Shown here: positions 34,316 through 43,960 of the stretch, one piece after another | How positions within the stretch are numbered: the first letter of the stretch is position 1 | Layout: each line of letters begins with the position of its first letter | Source: Synechococcus sp. | Lineage (GTDB): Bacteria; Cyanobacteriota; Cyanobacteriia; PCC-6307; Cyanobiaceae | Direction: 5' to 3' | Assembly: GCA_047285305.1 (NCBI GenBank) | Contig: JBJBDL010000003.1 | Span: 768,001-832,000, forward strand | DNA: 64,000 nucleotides | Program-made: the position numbers and the translations under genes | Notes under the pieces: model-generated | Databases searched by the model: none | What the model saw: the letters and a program-made list of their open reading frames with translations, nothing else | What the model was told of the DNA's origin: nothing

Positions 34316-37300
34316 TCAGGCGGCATCCGGTAAACCCACCACCTGGGTGTGGGCGCCGCGGGCCTGGGTCACCCCGATCGTGCGCTGGGCTGCGCCGATC
34401 ATCGGGCGGCGGTGGCTGACCACCATGAATTGGGCTGCCTCGGCCTGACGGGCGATCAGAGCCGCCAGGCGCTCCACATTGACGCCGTCGAGGAAGCTGT
34501 CCACCTCGTCGAGGGCATAGAACGGCGACGGCCGGAAGCGCTGCAGGGCGAACAGGAAGCTCAAGGCGGTGAGTGATTTCTCTCCCCCCGACATCGAGGC
34601 CAGGCGCCGCACGGTTTTGCCCTTGGGATGGGCCACCAGGGTGAGGCCACCTTCCAGGGGCTCCTTCGGGTTCTCCAGTTGCAGGTGGCCATCACCATCG
34701 GAGAGCGAGGCAAAGATCTCGCGGAAATGGCCATCCACGGCGGTGAAGGCTTCCATGAAGGCGTCCTGGCGCAGGGTGGCCACGGTTTCGATCCGCAGCA
34801 GCAGTTCCTCCCGCTCGCTGTTGAGCACGTCGAGCCGTTCGTTGAGTTCGCTGAGCCGCTCTTCGAGGGCCTCGAGTTCCTCCAGCGCCAGCATGTTCAC
34901 TGGCTCCAGCGCTTCCATGCGTTGCTGGATGGCCTGCAGATCGGTCTGCAAGGCTTCTAAGCCCGCCAGCCGCAGGGCTTCCGGGATCTCCGGCCTCGGG
35001 TCCGGCAGGGCCTGTTCCATCTCCTGCAGGCGCACCACACCGCTGCGCTGTTCTTCGATCAATCCTTCGCGGTCTTCCTTGAGCCGCTCCAGATTCCATT
35101 CGGCCTGCTGCAGGGCCTGACGCTGGCGGCCCACCTCGGCTTCCGCGGCGTCCCGGGCTCGGCGCTGGCTGCCGAAGCGCTCCTGCAGGTCGGTCTGCTG
35201 CTGCTCGAGCTCTTTGCGCTTCTCCTGGAGGTCGCTCTGCTGCTGGCGCCAGGCCCCATGGGCACTGGCGAGGGCCTTCACCGCCTCCTGCAAGCGGGTT
35301 TCTTCGGCGGCCAGAGCCTTCTCCTGGTCCCCCAGACGTTCAATCGCCAGCTGCCGCTCGCGGCGGGCATTCAGCAGCTGGTCGCGCTCGCGGCGGGCCG
35401 CCTCCAGCCGTTGGTCGGCGGCTTCCTGTTCCGTCTGAAGTTGGGCCCAGGCGGCGGCATCGTCGTTGTTGCCGCTGTTGCGCTCCGCCTCATCCAAGGC
35501 CTGCAGTTCCGCGGTGAGTGGGGTGAGTGCAGTGCTGATGGCTTCGAGCCGCTGCTGTTGCTCGGTCTGGTCCTGCTGCAATTTGCTGAGTCGTTCGGCC
35601 CTCTGTCGGCTGCGCTCGAGCAGGGGGCCGTGGTTGCGCCGGGCGGCATTGCGCTCGGCGATCAAGGCCGCCTGTTGCTTTTCCAGTTCGCGCAGCTGGG
35701 GTTTCTGCTGCTCGATCAGTTGGGCCAGCTTCGACTCCTCCCGCCGGCAGGCCACCAGGGATTCCCCCAGTTCCAGCAGGCGCCGCCGCAGGGGTTCAGC
35801 TTCGTCCTGATCGCTGCTGCGGCCGAAGCTGAGGCTGCTGCTGCGCTGGGAGAAGCTGCCGCCGGTCATGGCGCCGCTCTTCTCCAGCAGCTCCCCATCC
35901 AGGGTCACCGCCCGGGAGCGGCCCAGTTGTTGACGGGCGCTGGCCAGGTCGGAGAACACCAGGGTGTCGCCGAAGACGTAGGCAAACACCTGGTCATAGA
36001 CCGGTTCGAAGCGCACCAGTTCCACGGCCCGGCCGATCAGGCCGGCACCGCTGTCGCCACCGGGGCGTGCACCTCGGGCAAAGGCGGCTGAAGAGCCGCC
36101 GCCCCCTGGCGCGCGGATCTTGTTCAGAGGCAGGAAGGTGAGCCGGCCAGCACGGCGGCTCTTGAGCAGTTCGATGGCGCGGGCGGCGATGCGGTCGTCG
36201 TCGACCACTACCTGGCCGAGACGGGCCCCCGCGGCCACTTCCAGGGCGAGGCGATGGCGATCCTCCACCTCTCCCAGCTGGGCTACAGGGCCGTGGATGC
36301 CATCGAGGCCGGCCTCCAGCAGCAGGCGCAGGGCTCCGGTGCCGCGGCTTTCCTGAAGGGCATCCCGCCGGCTCTCCAGCCGAGCGATCTCCCGTTCCAA
36401 GCGGGTCTGCTCCTGTTCCAGCCGGCTGCGGGTGCGCTGTTGGATGGCCAGCGACTCGGTGGTCTGCTGGAGCTCCTGTTTGCCGTCGGCAATGGCTTGC
36501 AGCAGGGTTTGCCAGGTCTCCTCCAGGGTTGCGAGCTGTTGCTGCACGGCGTCGCCGTCGGCGCCGTCCTGGTGCTGCTCCTGGGTGAGCTCTTCCAGCC
36601 GTTCCCGTTCCTGGCGCAGCCGTTCCTGCAACTGCTGCTGCTCCTCCAGTAAGGGAGCGACGCTGCTTTGCAACTCCTGCCGGCGACCGCTGCGGCGCTT
36701 CTGTTCCTCCACCCAGGCGCCGGAGCGGCCCGCCACATCCGCCAGCCGGCGGCGGGACATTTCCACCGCGGCTTCAGCGGCCCTGCAGTTGTCTTCGGCG
36801 GCGCTGAGGGCGTCCTGATGGGGATCGCGTTCCAGTTCCCGTGATTGCAGCTGCCACTGCTGGCGACGGGTGGCGAGGTCCTGGCGCTGCGCCTGCAGTT
36901 TCTGGCCTTCGTCCTGGTGGAGGCTGGCCTGGCGCTCCAGTTCACGGCTGCTGGTGTCGAGGCCAGCCAGTTCCGCCTGAACCGCCAGCAGCTGGTCTTC
37001 CCCCAGGGCCTTCACCTGCTCCTGGAGCAAGTCCAGTTCGGCCACGGCCTTGTTCAGCTGCTCTCGGCCGCTGGCAATGGCCGCGGCGTCCCTCTGTTCC
37101 TGGGCTTCCAGCGCCTGTTGGCGGGTGGCCAGATCCTTGAGGGCCTGCTGGGCGGCTTCGTAGGCCAGCACCATCTCCTGGCGACGTCCCAGTTGCAGCC
37201 GTTCCCGCAAGTCCTGGTATTGCCGGGCCTTGGCGCAGTCCTTCTCCAACCGTTGGCGGCTGGCCAGCAGTTCCTGCTCAATGATCCGGCAGCGCTCCTG

Positions 37301-37924
37301 GCGCTCCTGCACGTCATCGAGCTTGCGGCGGGTCTGTTCGATCCGGGTGTCGAACAGGGCAACACCGGCCAGTTCATCGATCAGGCCGCGGCGGTCGCGG
37401 TTGCTCATCGAGACGATGCGGGTGACGTCCCCCTGCATCACCACGTTGCTGCCCTCGGGATCAATCCGAAGGCGGCGCAGCTGGGTCTGCAGCTGCTGCA
37501 GGTTGCAGGGCACCCCGTCGGCGCTGTAGCTGGAGCTGTAGGAGCCCCCTGGCATCACCCGCAGTTTGCGGGTCACTGTCCATTCCGTTTGTCCCGGTTG
37601 AATCCAGGGCCCCTCCGCCGGTGCCTCCAGGCCTTCCTCGGCGGCATCGGGTGTCCAGTCGCTCAGGTCAAAGCGGACGCTGACGGTTGTTTCAGCGGCC
37701 TTGCCGGCCTTGAGCATGCCGCTGTTGACCAGGTCCGGCAGGCGGTCAGCCCGCATGCCACGGCTGGTGGCCAGGCCCAGGCAGAACAGAACGCCATCAA
37801 GGATGTTGCTTTTGCCGGAGCCATTGGGTCCGGTCACGACGGTGAATCCCTCCTCAAGCGGGATGGTCATCGCTCCGCCGAACGACTTGAAGTGCGTCAG
37901 CCCAACCTGATTGATATGAACCAA
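34316..37924 (-). CDS. smc: Chromosome segregation protein SMC
   Basis: FKSF, GPNGSGKSN, hinge GRLTFLPL, MSGGEKS, LDEVD. Confidence 0.98.
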   Translation of the reverse strand: MVHINQVGLTHFKSFGGAMTIPLEEGFTVVTGPNGSGKSNILDGVLFCLGLATSRGMRADRLPDLVNSGMLKAGKAAETTVSVRFDLSDWTPDAAEEGLEAPAEGPWIQPGQTEWTVTRKLRVMPGGSYSSSYSADGVPCNLQQLQTQLRRLRIDPEGSNVVMQGDVTRIVSMSNRDRRGLIDELAGVALFDTRIEQTRRKLDDVQERQERCRIIEQELLASRQRLEKDCAKARQYQDLRERLQLGRRQEMVLAYEAAQQALKDLATRQQALEAQEQRDAAAIASGREQLNKAVAELDLLQEQVKALGEDQLLAVQAELAGLDTSSRELERQASLHQDEGQKLQAQRQDLATRRQQWQLQSRELERDPHQDALSAAEDNCRAAEAAVEMSRRRLADVAGRSGAWVEEQKRRSGRRQELQSSVAPLLEEQQQLQERLRQERERLEELTQEQHQDGADGDAVQQQLATLEETWQTLLQAIADGKQELQQTTESLAIQQRTRSRLEQEQTRLEREIARLESRRDALQESRGTGALRLLLEAGLDGIHGPVAQLGEVEDRHRLALEVAAGARLGQVVVDDDRIAARAIELLKSRRAGRLTFLPLNKIRAPGGGGSSAAFARGARPGGDSGAGLIGRAVELVRFEPVYDQVFAYVFGDTLVFSDLASARQQLGRSRAVTLDGELLEKSGAMTGGSFSQRSSSLSFGRSSDQDEAEPLRRRLLELGESLVACRREESKLAQLIEQQKPQLRELEKQQAALIAERNAARRNHGPLLERSRQRAERLSKLQQDQTEQQQRLEAISTALTPLTAELQALDEAERNSGNNDDAAAWAQLQTEQEAADQRLEAARRERDQLLNARRERQLAIERLGDQEKALAAEETRLQEAVKALASAHGAWRQQQSDLQEKRKELEQQQTDLQERFGSQRRARDAAEAEVGRQRQALQQAEWNLERLKEDREGLIEEQRSGVVRLQEMEQALPDPRPEIPEALRLAGLEALQTDLQAIQQRMEALEPVNMLALEELEALEERLSELNERLDVLNSEREELLLRIETVATLRQDAFMEAFTAVDGHFREIFASLSDGDGHLQLENPKEPLEGGLTLVAHPKGKTVRRLASMSGGEKSLTALSFLFALQRFRPSPFYALDEVDSFLDGVNVERLAALIARQAEAAQFMVVSHRRPMIGAAQRTIGVTQARGAHTQVVGLPDAA

Positions 37925-37974
37925 CAGGATCTGGGGCTGTCAGCGAGTCGAAATTAGCGGAACCCACGAAAAGC

Positions 37975-38382
37975 TCAAGGGTTCGATAAAGAGCAGTGCC
38001 CGGAATTGATGCGCAGGCAGCCCTGGAGGTCGCCCTCGAGCTGCAGGGTGACGTCTGCATCCGTGGCGTTGGGGAGCACGCCGCTGTAGCTGCCGGCATG
38101 GATGCGTTCGGCCCAGCCCCGATTGCCCGAAACGGCAGCACTGCGGGGTTCCAGCCAGATCTTTCGATGGGCAGGCACGGGAACCGCTGGTTGGGCAGCT
38201 GCGTTGAGCTGCGGCACTGTGGCCAGTCGCCAAGTTCGGCAGCTGTCCCCGTCCTCCAGCAGCAGATCGATGTGGCATCCGCTGGGGTCGTTCGGTGCTC
38301 CGGTGTGACGCAGCAGGGCGTATCGCGGCAAAGACTTTCCCTCAGCCTTCAGTCTCCCTACCCTTCTAAAGCGTCCTGACAA
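37975..38382 (-). CDS. Hypothetical protein, possibly LigD phosphoesterase-like
   Basis: YALLRH...HIDLLLE....RTW resembles the H..HxDxxLE..SW pattern of LigD 3'-phosphoesterase domains. Confidence 0.55.
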   Translation of the reverse strand: MSGRFRRVGRLKAEGKSLPRYALLRHTGAPNDPSGCHIDLLLEDGDSCRTWRLATVPQLNAAAQPAVPVPAHRKIWLEPRSAAVSGNRGWAERIHAGSYSGVLPNATDADVTLQLEGDLQGCLRINSGHCSLSNP

Positions 38383-38390
38383 CGGTCTTC

Positions 38391-38813
38391 ATGGCCTCGC
38401 CATCGCCGCAGTCCAACGGCAGATTCGAGCACCACTTCCGTGAGCGCTTTGAAAGCCTGCTGCCGACGATCCAGGAGCGCTGGCCGGATCTTGCTGAGCA
38501 CACCCTTGAAGCCACACGGGGGAGTGTGGATGAGTTGGTTCGTTTGATTGAACAGAACACAGGCCTGACGCCCCAAGGGGTTCGGGAGCAACTGGAGGAG
38601 CTTCTCCACGGCGCCGGTGATCGCAGCCGTGACTGGGCCGACAGCCTGGATCCCCTCGAAGAGCAACTGGAACAGTTGCTGGATGAGTTGAACAGCACCC
38701 TGCGGCCGAAGATCGAGGCGCCTGTGCGTCAGCGACCACTGCTGGCTGTGGGTGTTGCCCTTGGTGTTGGGTTGCTGCTGGGCAGCATGCTTCGCGGGGG
38801 GCGGCGTTCCTGA
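38391..38813 (+). CDS. YqjD/ElaB-like tail-anchored protein
   Basis: Helical body with C-terminal VRQRPLLAVGVALGVGLLLG..RR. Confidence 0.75.
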   Translation: MASPSPQSNGRFEHHFRERFESLLPTIQERWPDLAEHTLEATRGSVDELVRLIEQNTGLTPQGVREQLEELLHGAGDRSRDWADSLDPLEEQLEQLLDELNSTLRPKIEAPVRQRPLLAVGVALGVGLLLGSMLRGGRRS

Positions 38814-39199
38814 TGGCCGATCAAAACTCTCCCCGCGGATTTGGAGCGGCAGCTCGGGTGACCGCACTGGCGGCGTCAGTGATGGATCTGCACGTGCGGA
38901 TTGCCCTGCAGGAGGTGGATCGGGAAAAACGCCGACTGATCAGCGGTGGCCTGTTCCTCGCCATCGGAGGCACGGCCATGTTCCTGGCCTTGCTGGCGGG
39001 CGAAGCGTCGTTGCTGCTTTGGATTCAGGCCCAGTGGGATCTGGATTGGACCCGCGCACTGTTGAGCCTTGCGGTGGCCAACCTGGTGCTGGCGGGCATC
39101 AGCTTGCGCATTGGCGGCCAGGTGCTGAAGGGCCCGTTCCTGCCTCAGACGTTGGAGGGACTGATGAAAACGGTGCGGGCAGTGATGGGACGGGTTTGA
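38813..39199 (+). CDS. YqjE-like (holin-family) membrane protein
   Basis: Two TM helices, coupled to the upstream gene, RIALQEVDREKRR. Confidence 0.75.
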   Translation: MADQNSPRGFGAAARVTALAASVMDLHVRIALQEVDREKRRLISGGLFLAIGGTAMFLALLAGEASLLLWIQAQWDLDWTRALLSLAVANLVLAGISLRIGGQVLKGPFLPQTLEGLMKTVRAVMGRV

Positions 39200-40366
39200 T
39201 CAGCGGATGTAGTAGTGCAGCCAGCGGCAGTCAATGCCGCCGTTGCTGACGGGGATCCTTTGCTCGGCCTTCAGACGCAGGGCTCCCGTCAGGTTGCGAT
39301 TCCCGCTGAGCAACCAGAGCTTCCAACCCTTGGCTTGCCCTTTGACGTAGTTGCCAAGCTCTCGATACAACGCCTCCAGCTCCGCTTCATCGCCGATCCG
39401 TTGGCCGTAAGGGGGATTGCAGACCAACACCCCAGGCCCCTCCGGAAGGGGTTGATCGCTGAACGTGCCCGTGCAGATGCGGATGACTCCACTCAGCCCA
39501 GCGGCTTCCACATTGGCCCGGGCCTGATCGGCAATGGTGGGATTTGCTTCAATCCCCAGGAGCGGCGGAAGGGTGAGGTCCCCCCTGCGCCGTTGCCGGG
39601 CGCGATCAGCTTCTCTGTCCCAGAGGTTGGTCTGAAAATCGGCCCATCCTTCGAGTGCAAAGCGGCGCTCCAACCCCGGGGCCTGCTGCAAGGCGGCCAG
39701 GGCCGCTTCGATCAGGAGCACTCCTGAACCGCAGCAGGGGTCCACGAGGGGTTGGTTCCCATCCCAGCCCGTGAGGCGGATCAGCCCGGCCGCCAGATTT
39801 TCCTTCAACGGTGCCGCACCCATGGCGGCCCTGTAGCCACGACGGTGCAGGCTGCTGCCACTGCCATCCAGGCTTAGCTGTGCTTCCCCGCGGCCGAGGT
39901 GCAGGTGCAGGGAGAGATCGGGATCGTCGAGATCGATGGAGGAACGCTCTCCCCAAAGATCCCGTTGTGCGTCAACAAGGGCGTTTTTGACCTGCAACGC
40001 CGTGAAGTGGCTGTGGTTCAGCCCCGGTGCCGTTCCGGTCACATCCACCCTGAAGGTCATCGAGGGATGCAGCCAGCGCTCCCAGTCGAGTGCCTGGCGG
40101 ATGCCGTCGTAGAGGTCATCCCGGCCCTGGCAGGGGAAGCGCGCCACCTGGCGCAACAGCCGGAAGGGCAGTCGAGCCTGCAGGTGTAGTCGGTAGAGGC
40201 AGGCCATGTCTGCCTGGAAGCTGACGGCACGCCTGCCGGGCCTCACGGCATGGGCTCCAAGGGCGCTGAGTTCGTCGCCAGCTGCTGCTTCCAGGCCTTG
40301 TGGCACAACTGCCACGGCGGATAGCCGGTTTGTTCGACCCAAGGGCGTTGTGCTCCAGGTCAACAC
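39200..40366 (-). CDS. THUMP-domain SAM-dependent RNA methyltransferase (RlmL-like)
   Basis: SLHRRGYR, APLKENLAAG, DPCCGSG, NPPYG. Confidence 0.92.
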   Translation of the reverse strand: MLTWSTTPLGRTNRLSAVAVVPQGLEAAAGDELSALGAHAVRPGRRAVSFQADMACLYRLHLQARLPFRLLRQVARFPCQGRDDLYDGIRQALDWERWLHPSMTFRVDVTGTAPGLNHSHFTALQVKNALVDAQRDLWGERSSIDLDDPDLSLHLHLGRGEAQLSLDGSGSSLHRRGYRAAMGAAPLKENLAAGLIRLTGWDGNQPLVDPCCGSGVLLIEAALAALQQAPGLERRFALEGWADFQTNLWDREADRARQRRRGDLTLPPLLGIEANPTIADQARANVEAAGLSGVIRICTGTFSDQPLPEGPGVLVCNPPYGQRIGDEAELEALYRELGNYVKGQAKGWKLWLLSGNRNLTGALRLKAEQRIPVSNGGIDCRWLHYYIR

Positions 40367-40382
40367 TCCTGTCAGAATGACA

Positions 40383-40665
40383 GGGTCCGGCTTCGTCGGA
40401 CTAGGTGATCCACACCAGTGTTTCGGACAGCGGTTCGATTCCGCTCAGCTCCATTCCCCCCTCTCGGGGCTGCAATGGTTTCGACGGGGCATGAGGAGGG
40501 TGACTGAAGCCTGCTCGGTGAGAGCAAACCCGTAACTGCGAACAACATCGTTCGTTTCTCCCGTCAAGCAGCCCCTGTTGCTGCCTGACCCTTTAAGGGA
40601 GATGGGGTGAGGTCAGCCTTATCACCCAATTGACTCACGGGGGCTGGAAGGCCCCTTCAAACACT
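40383..40665 (+). ncRNA. ssrA: tmRNA, circularly permuted two-piece form
   Basis: T-arm/acceptor end CAGCGGTTCGATTCCGCTCAGCTCCA (to 40453) precedes GGGGCTGCAATGGTTTCGAC (40466). Tag frame ANNIVRFSRQAAPVAA* at 40538-40588. Confidence 0.95.
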
Positions 40666-40758
40666 CCCAACACTGGGGTCTCCGAAATTAAGACGGAGGC
40701 TCTAGATGGTCTTGCACGCAAATCTGCACGCAAGCCACTGCCTCCGGTCTTGGACGGC

Positions 40759-41715
40759 ATGGACAAGGCAGAGGCGCTCGCATACGTCTCCCGGTTATTT
40801 GATGCCGCTGAAGCAGGTGCCGTCCTTTGGGGCGACGCTCTGCTGATGAAGAGGTTCATCAGCCAGTGCAGCCGCACCGGCAGCAAGGCGACACAAGACG
40901 GCTACCGCTTCGAGATCCGCGAGTTCACTCGTTGGCGTGATCGCCACCATCCACACCTGCATCTGCGGGAGATCAACCCCGCGTTCTGCCAGGACTGGGT
41001 GTCCCAACTGCGGGAACAAGTCGAGGCCGGACTCATGAAGCCTCGAACCTTCAACCGCAGGATCGCTGCCATCAGTTCGCTCTATCGCTGGGCCTCTGAG
41101 CCCAGTCGGTCAGCAGTGACCGGCGTGCCTCGCAACCCGATGCCACTGCGATCGCTTCTCCACGCTGAGAAGAGCACCAGGCCGCTGACTACAGAGCAGT
41201 TCGGGCTGTTGATGGCAGCCATCACCAGAGCAGCTCACCTTGATCGCAACGCTCAACGCGATTACGCCCTGATCAAAGGTGCGTACTTGCTCGGATGCAG
41301 GGTCTCTGAGATCGCGGCTATCCGTTGGAGAGACATCGAGGTTCTCGATGGCGGAGGGCAAATCCACCTTCTCGGCAAAGGATCCAAGCGGCGAACTGTT
41401 CGCATATCGCCAGCAACGCTCGACCTCTTTCAAGGACTTGGCCGCGGCTCTGATGAAGAGTTCGTCTTCCCTAGTCCCCGCAGTGAGGGGCATCTCTCAC
41501 GCCAAGCAATTGGAGATGTTTGCCGCAAGTGGGGCAGAGCTGCCGGGTTCCACGTTCACCCACACCAGCTGAGGCACAGCCATGCCACATACGCTGTGCA
41601 GAGGGGCGTGGACGTATTCACGCTTCAAGCCACCCTCGGTCACTCGTCGAGTGCGACTACTGGGCATTACGTGGCTGCAAATCCTCTGGACAGCAGTTCT
41701 CTGCGTCTTGGTTAG
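40759..41715 (+). CDS. Tyrosine recombinase/integrase, apparently intact
   Basis: SAM-like N-domain (RTFNRRIAAISSLYRW) and catalytic GCRVSE, GKGSK, HQLRH, LGHSS, TTGHY. Confidence 0.95.
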   Translation: MDKAEALAYVSRLFDAAEAGAVLWGDALLMKRFISQCSRTGSKATQDGYRFEIREFTRWRDRHHPHLHLREINPAFCQDWVSQLREQVEAGLMKPRTFNRRIAAISSLYRWASEPSRSAVTGVPRNPMPLRSLLHAEKSTRPLTTEQFGLLMAAITRAAHLDRNAQRDYALIKGAYLLGCRVSEIAAIRWRDIEVLDGGGQIHLLGKGSKRRTVRISPATLDLFQGLGRGSDEEFVFPSPRSEGHLSRQAIGDVCRKWGRAAGFHVHPHQLRHSHATYAVQRGVDVFTLQATLGHSSSATTGHYVAANPLDSSSLRLG

Positions 41716-41729
41716 TGCTGTGGTCGGAA

Positions 41730-41751
41730 GTTAGGCCCTATCGGGCCTAAC
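41730..41751. terminator. Hairpin after the integrase
   Basis: GTTAGGCCC-TATC-GGGCCTAAC perfect stem between convergent genes. Confidence 0.55.
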
Positions 41752-41771
41752 TCTTGCCGGCATAAACGCTG

Positions 41772-41975
41772 TTACCGCCTGCCCCAGCAGTGCAATTGCT
41801 GTTTACTCCAGTAGTCGAGATGAGCCTCGGCGGTTGCATAGTCGTCGCAGTAGACACGGCTGCCGTTCAACTCGGCTAAGTAGCGGATGTTGGTATCACC
41901 CACCATCAAACGAATTGTCCCGCCTACTTTTGATCTCCAAACAAGAGAAGGGGCAAGAGACATACTCACCTCCAA
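41772..41975 (-). CDS. Small hypothetical protein
   Basis: 67 aa ORF divergent from the J-domain cassette; no recognised motif. Confidence 0.45.
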   Translation of the reverse strand: MEVSMSLAPSLVWRSKVGGTIRLMVGDTNIRYLAELNGSRVYCDDYATAEAHLDYWSKQQLHCWGRR

Positions 41976-42211
41976 TTCATTTGAGAGAGAAAATATGTTG
42001 AAAGGGACGCAAGAGGCAAGTTGGTTGTGAATGAAAATAAAGTACCTAGGTATATCTGCCTTAATTTGCCTCCGTCATGAGCAGGGATGTTGAATCTCAG
42101 GGGCGTGAAGAGAAGAATTGGTTGATTTGTTACAAGAAAATTTGATCAAAATAAAGCTTTCCCGTCTTCTTCTTTGCTGTTTTATAGCTTTGGGAGGAAA
42201 GTGAGTTTTCT

Positions 42212-42772
42212 GTGGCTCCAGCGCGAACAAAAAGGCTGACAAAGTCTGAAGTTGAATCTCTGATTCAAGGGTTACTCCAATCAGGGACGATCACCCACGA
42301 TGCATTGCTTGCGTTCGCTGAGAAGATCAATGGATCAGCATTTAAAAACCCCAAGAAACCAAAAGTAAAAGCGATGACAATGACTGCGGCCAAGAAAGCT
42401 GTGCTGGATAAATTTAACTGTAAGAGCGTCGCTGAGCTGCGCAAGAATAAGACATTTTTAATGTCCATGACGGGTGAAGATATTAGCTTCAAAACAAAAG
42501 ATGACTGGCTCAAACTTTATCGAAGGTGGGTAGGAGTTCCAGAGTCGGAAAGGGGGCTCAAGGGACCTACTTGTATTAATGGAATTGACGTTATTCAAAA
42601 CTTCAGGCCTTGGCATGTATTTGGATTAGATCCTAAAAAAGCTACCGCAGAAGATGTTAAGGCTTCGTTCAGAGATTTAGTTAAAACGCATCACCCGGAT
42701 GTTGGGGGTGACCCTAGGGTCTTTGAGCGTCTTCAGAAGATGCGTGATTCAGTACTTGCTCTCATGAATTAG
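42212..42772 (+). CDS. Protein with C-terminal J-domain
   Basis: PWHVFGL..ATAEDVKASFRDLVKTHHPDVGGD..FERL with intact HPD; basic N-terminal region. Confidence 0.85.
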   Translation: MAPARTKRLTKSEVESLIQGLLQSGTITHDALLAFAEKINGSAFKNPKKPKVKAMTMTAAKKAVLDKFNCKSVAELRKNKTFLMSMTGEDISFKTKDDWLKLYRRWVGVPESERGLKGPTCINGIDVIQNFRPWHVFGLDPKKATAEDVKASFRDLVKTHHPDVGGDPRVFERLQKMRDSVLALMN

Positions 42773-42783
42773 GAGGAAGCGTT

Positions 42784-43821
42784 ATGTCCAGAGATTTACT
42801 TACTGATCGTGAAACTGCTAGAGTGCTTGGCAAGAAGATCAATACTCTTTATAAGACTGTTGATTTCTTTGATGCATACGATGATGACGAATGGGATCTC
42901 GTAGAAGGCGAGCATTTTGAGTTCGTTAATGCTTCAAGTGATTATCCCGAGAGACGCTTTTATGAAGAAGGTGTCATGGCATTGGCTGAGTACTTTGATC
43001 GCAATACTCCTGGGCTGATCAAGATTGTTACCGAGGCCCTTACTCATCGGCGTAGGCGCCTAAAGCAAATGCTTGTTTCTCGTCGTATTACACAGGAGCT
43101 TATCGAGTCAGGTTCGTTGCTTGCTGTAAGGGGTGAACTTGGATTTGTGAGTAAGAAGACCTGCACAAATATCTTGCAAACTAACGGTAGAGGCATTAAT
43201 AACTCGATTGAACGTCTTTTTCAGTCCGGGCTACTTGAAGGTGAGGAAGGACTTGAGCTTGGAAAGCATTTTCTCAAAAGCGAGGAAGGCGAAGAAATAT
43301 GGAGTCAAAAGGGTCTCGCGAGTATGGCAGTAGATATGAGTCATAATTCAAGCATCACGAAGTCTCGTAAGGCTTGGGTGGGGGCAGTAGGAGAGGTAGT
43401 AGAGGATTGTTTTAAGACCGAGATCAAGAGACTTGCTGCCGCACCGCAGAGAATTAATAATGCTATTGCGAAGGCAAAACGCGCTGCCAGGGATACCTGT
43501 CAAGTGACAGGTAAGAAGAAGGCAAGAGGCAAACTAATGACCTTGGATGGGCATCATCTATTTGATAAAGTCAATCGTCCAGACCTTGCTGATTTTCACG
43601 ACAATATTCTTGTTATTGAGTCATCAATTCATGCTGATTTCCATTCCTGGAAAGGTGGTTGTGGTTGTGAGCCCAAGGATTTTCTTAGATATAGCTCTGA
43701 AATCAGACTTGATTTGTTTGATTCAAGTAATGGTAATGCAATGAAGCGGTTTAATCGATTGACTGTGAAGCTTACGCAGTTACAAAAGAATTACGAATAT
43801 AATCACCTTCGCTATCATTGA
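42784..43821 (+). CDS. Hypothetical protein with C-terminal HNH-like nuclease motif
   Basis: CQVTG...LDGHHLFD...DNILVI...IHADFH. Strong RBS AGGAGG; starts 11 bp after the J-domain gene. Confidence 0.75.
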   Translation: MSRDLLTDRETARVLGKKINTLYKTVDFFDAYDDDEWDLVEGEHFEFVNASSDYPERRFYEEGVMALAEYFDRNTPGLIKIVTEALTHRRRRLKQMLVSRRITQELIESGSLLAVRGELGFVSKKTCTNILQTNGRGINNSIERLFQSGLLEGEEGLELGKHFLKSEEGEEIWSQKGLASMAVDMSHNSSITKSRKAWVGAVGEVVEDCFKTEIKRLAAAPQRINNAIAKAKRAARDTCQVTGKKKARGKLMTLDGHHLFDKVNRPDLADFHDNILVIESSIHADFHSWKGGCGCEPKDFLRYSSEIRLDLFDSSNGNAMKRFNRLTVKLTQLQKNYEYNHLRYH

Positions 43822-43960
43822 TAACATAATAGATTCGTAGGCATAGAATGCTAATGCTGGCGTTCGGAAGTGTTAGCGCGCTCTGCGCCTACTCCCAAAT
43901 CAGTTCCTACTATTTGCTCGAGCTTGCTCAACTTTCCGGAACAGACGTTGCGACGGACTG

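Noticed and set aside
38813..39199. Holin-family gene as evidence of a prophage
   Set aside because: It forms a YqjD/YqjE-like pair with core-like composition outside the island; no lysis or structural genes nearby.
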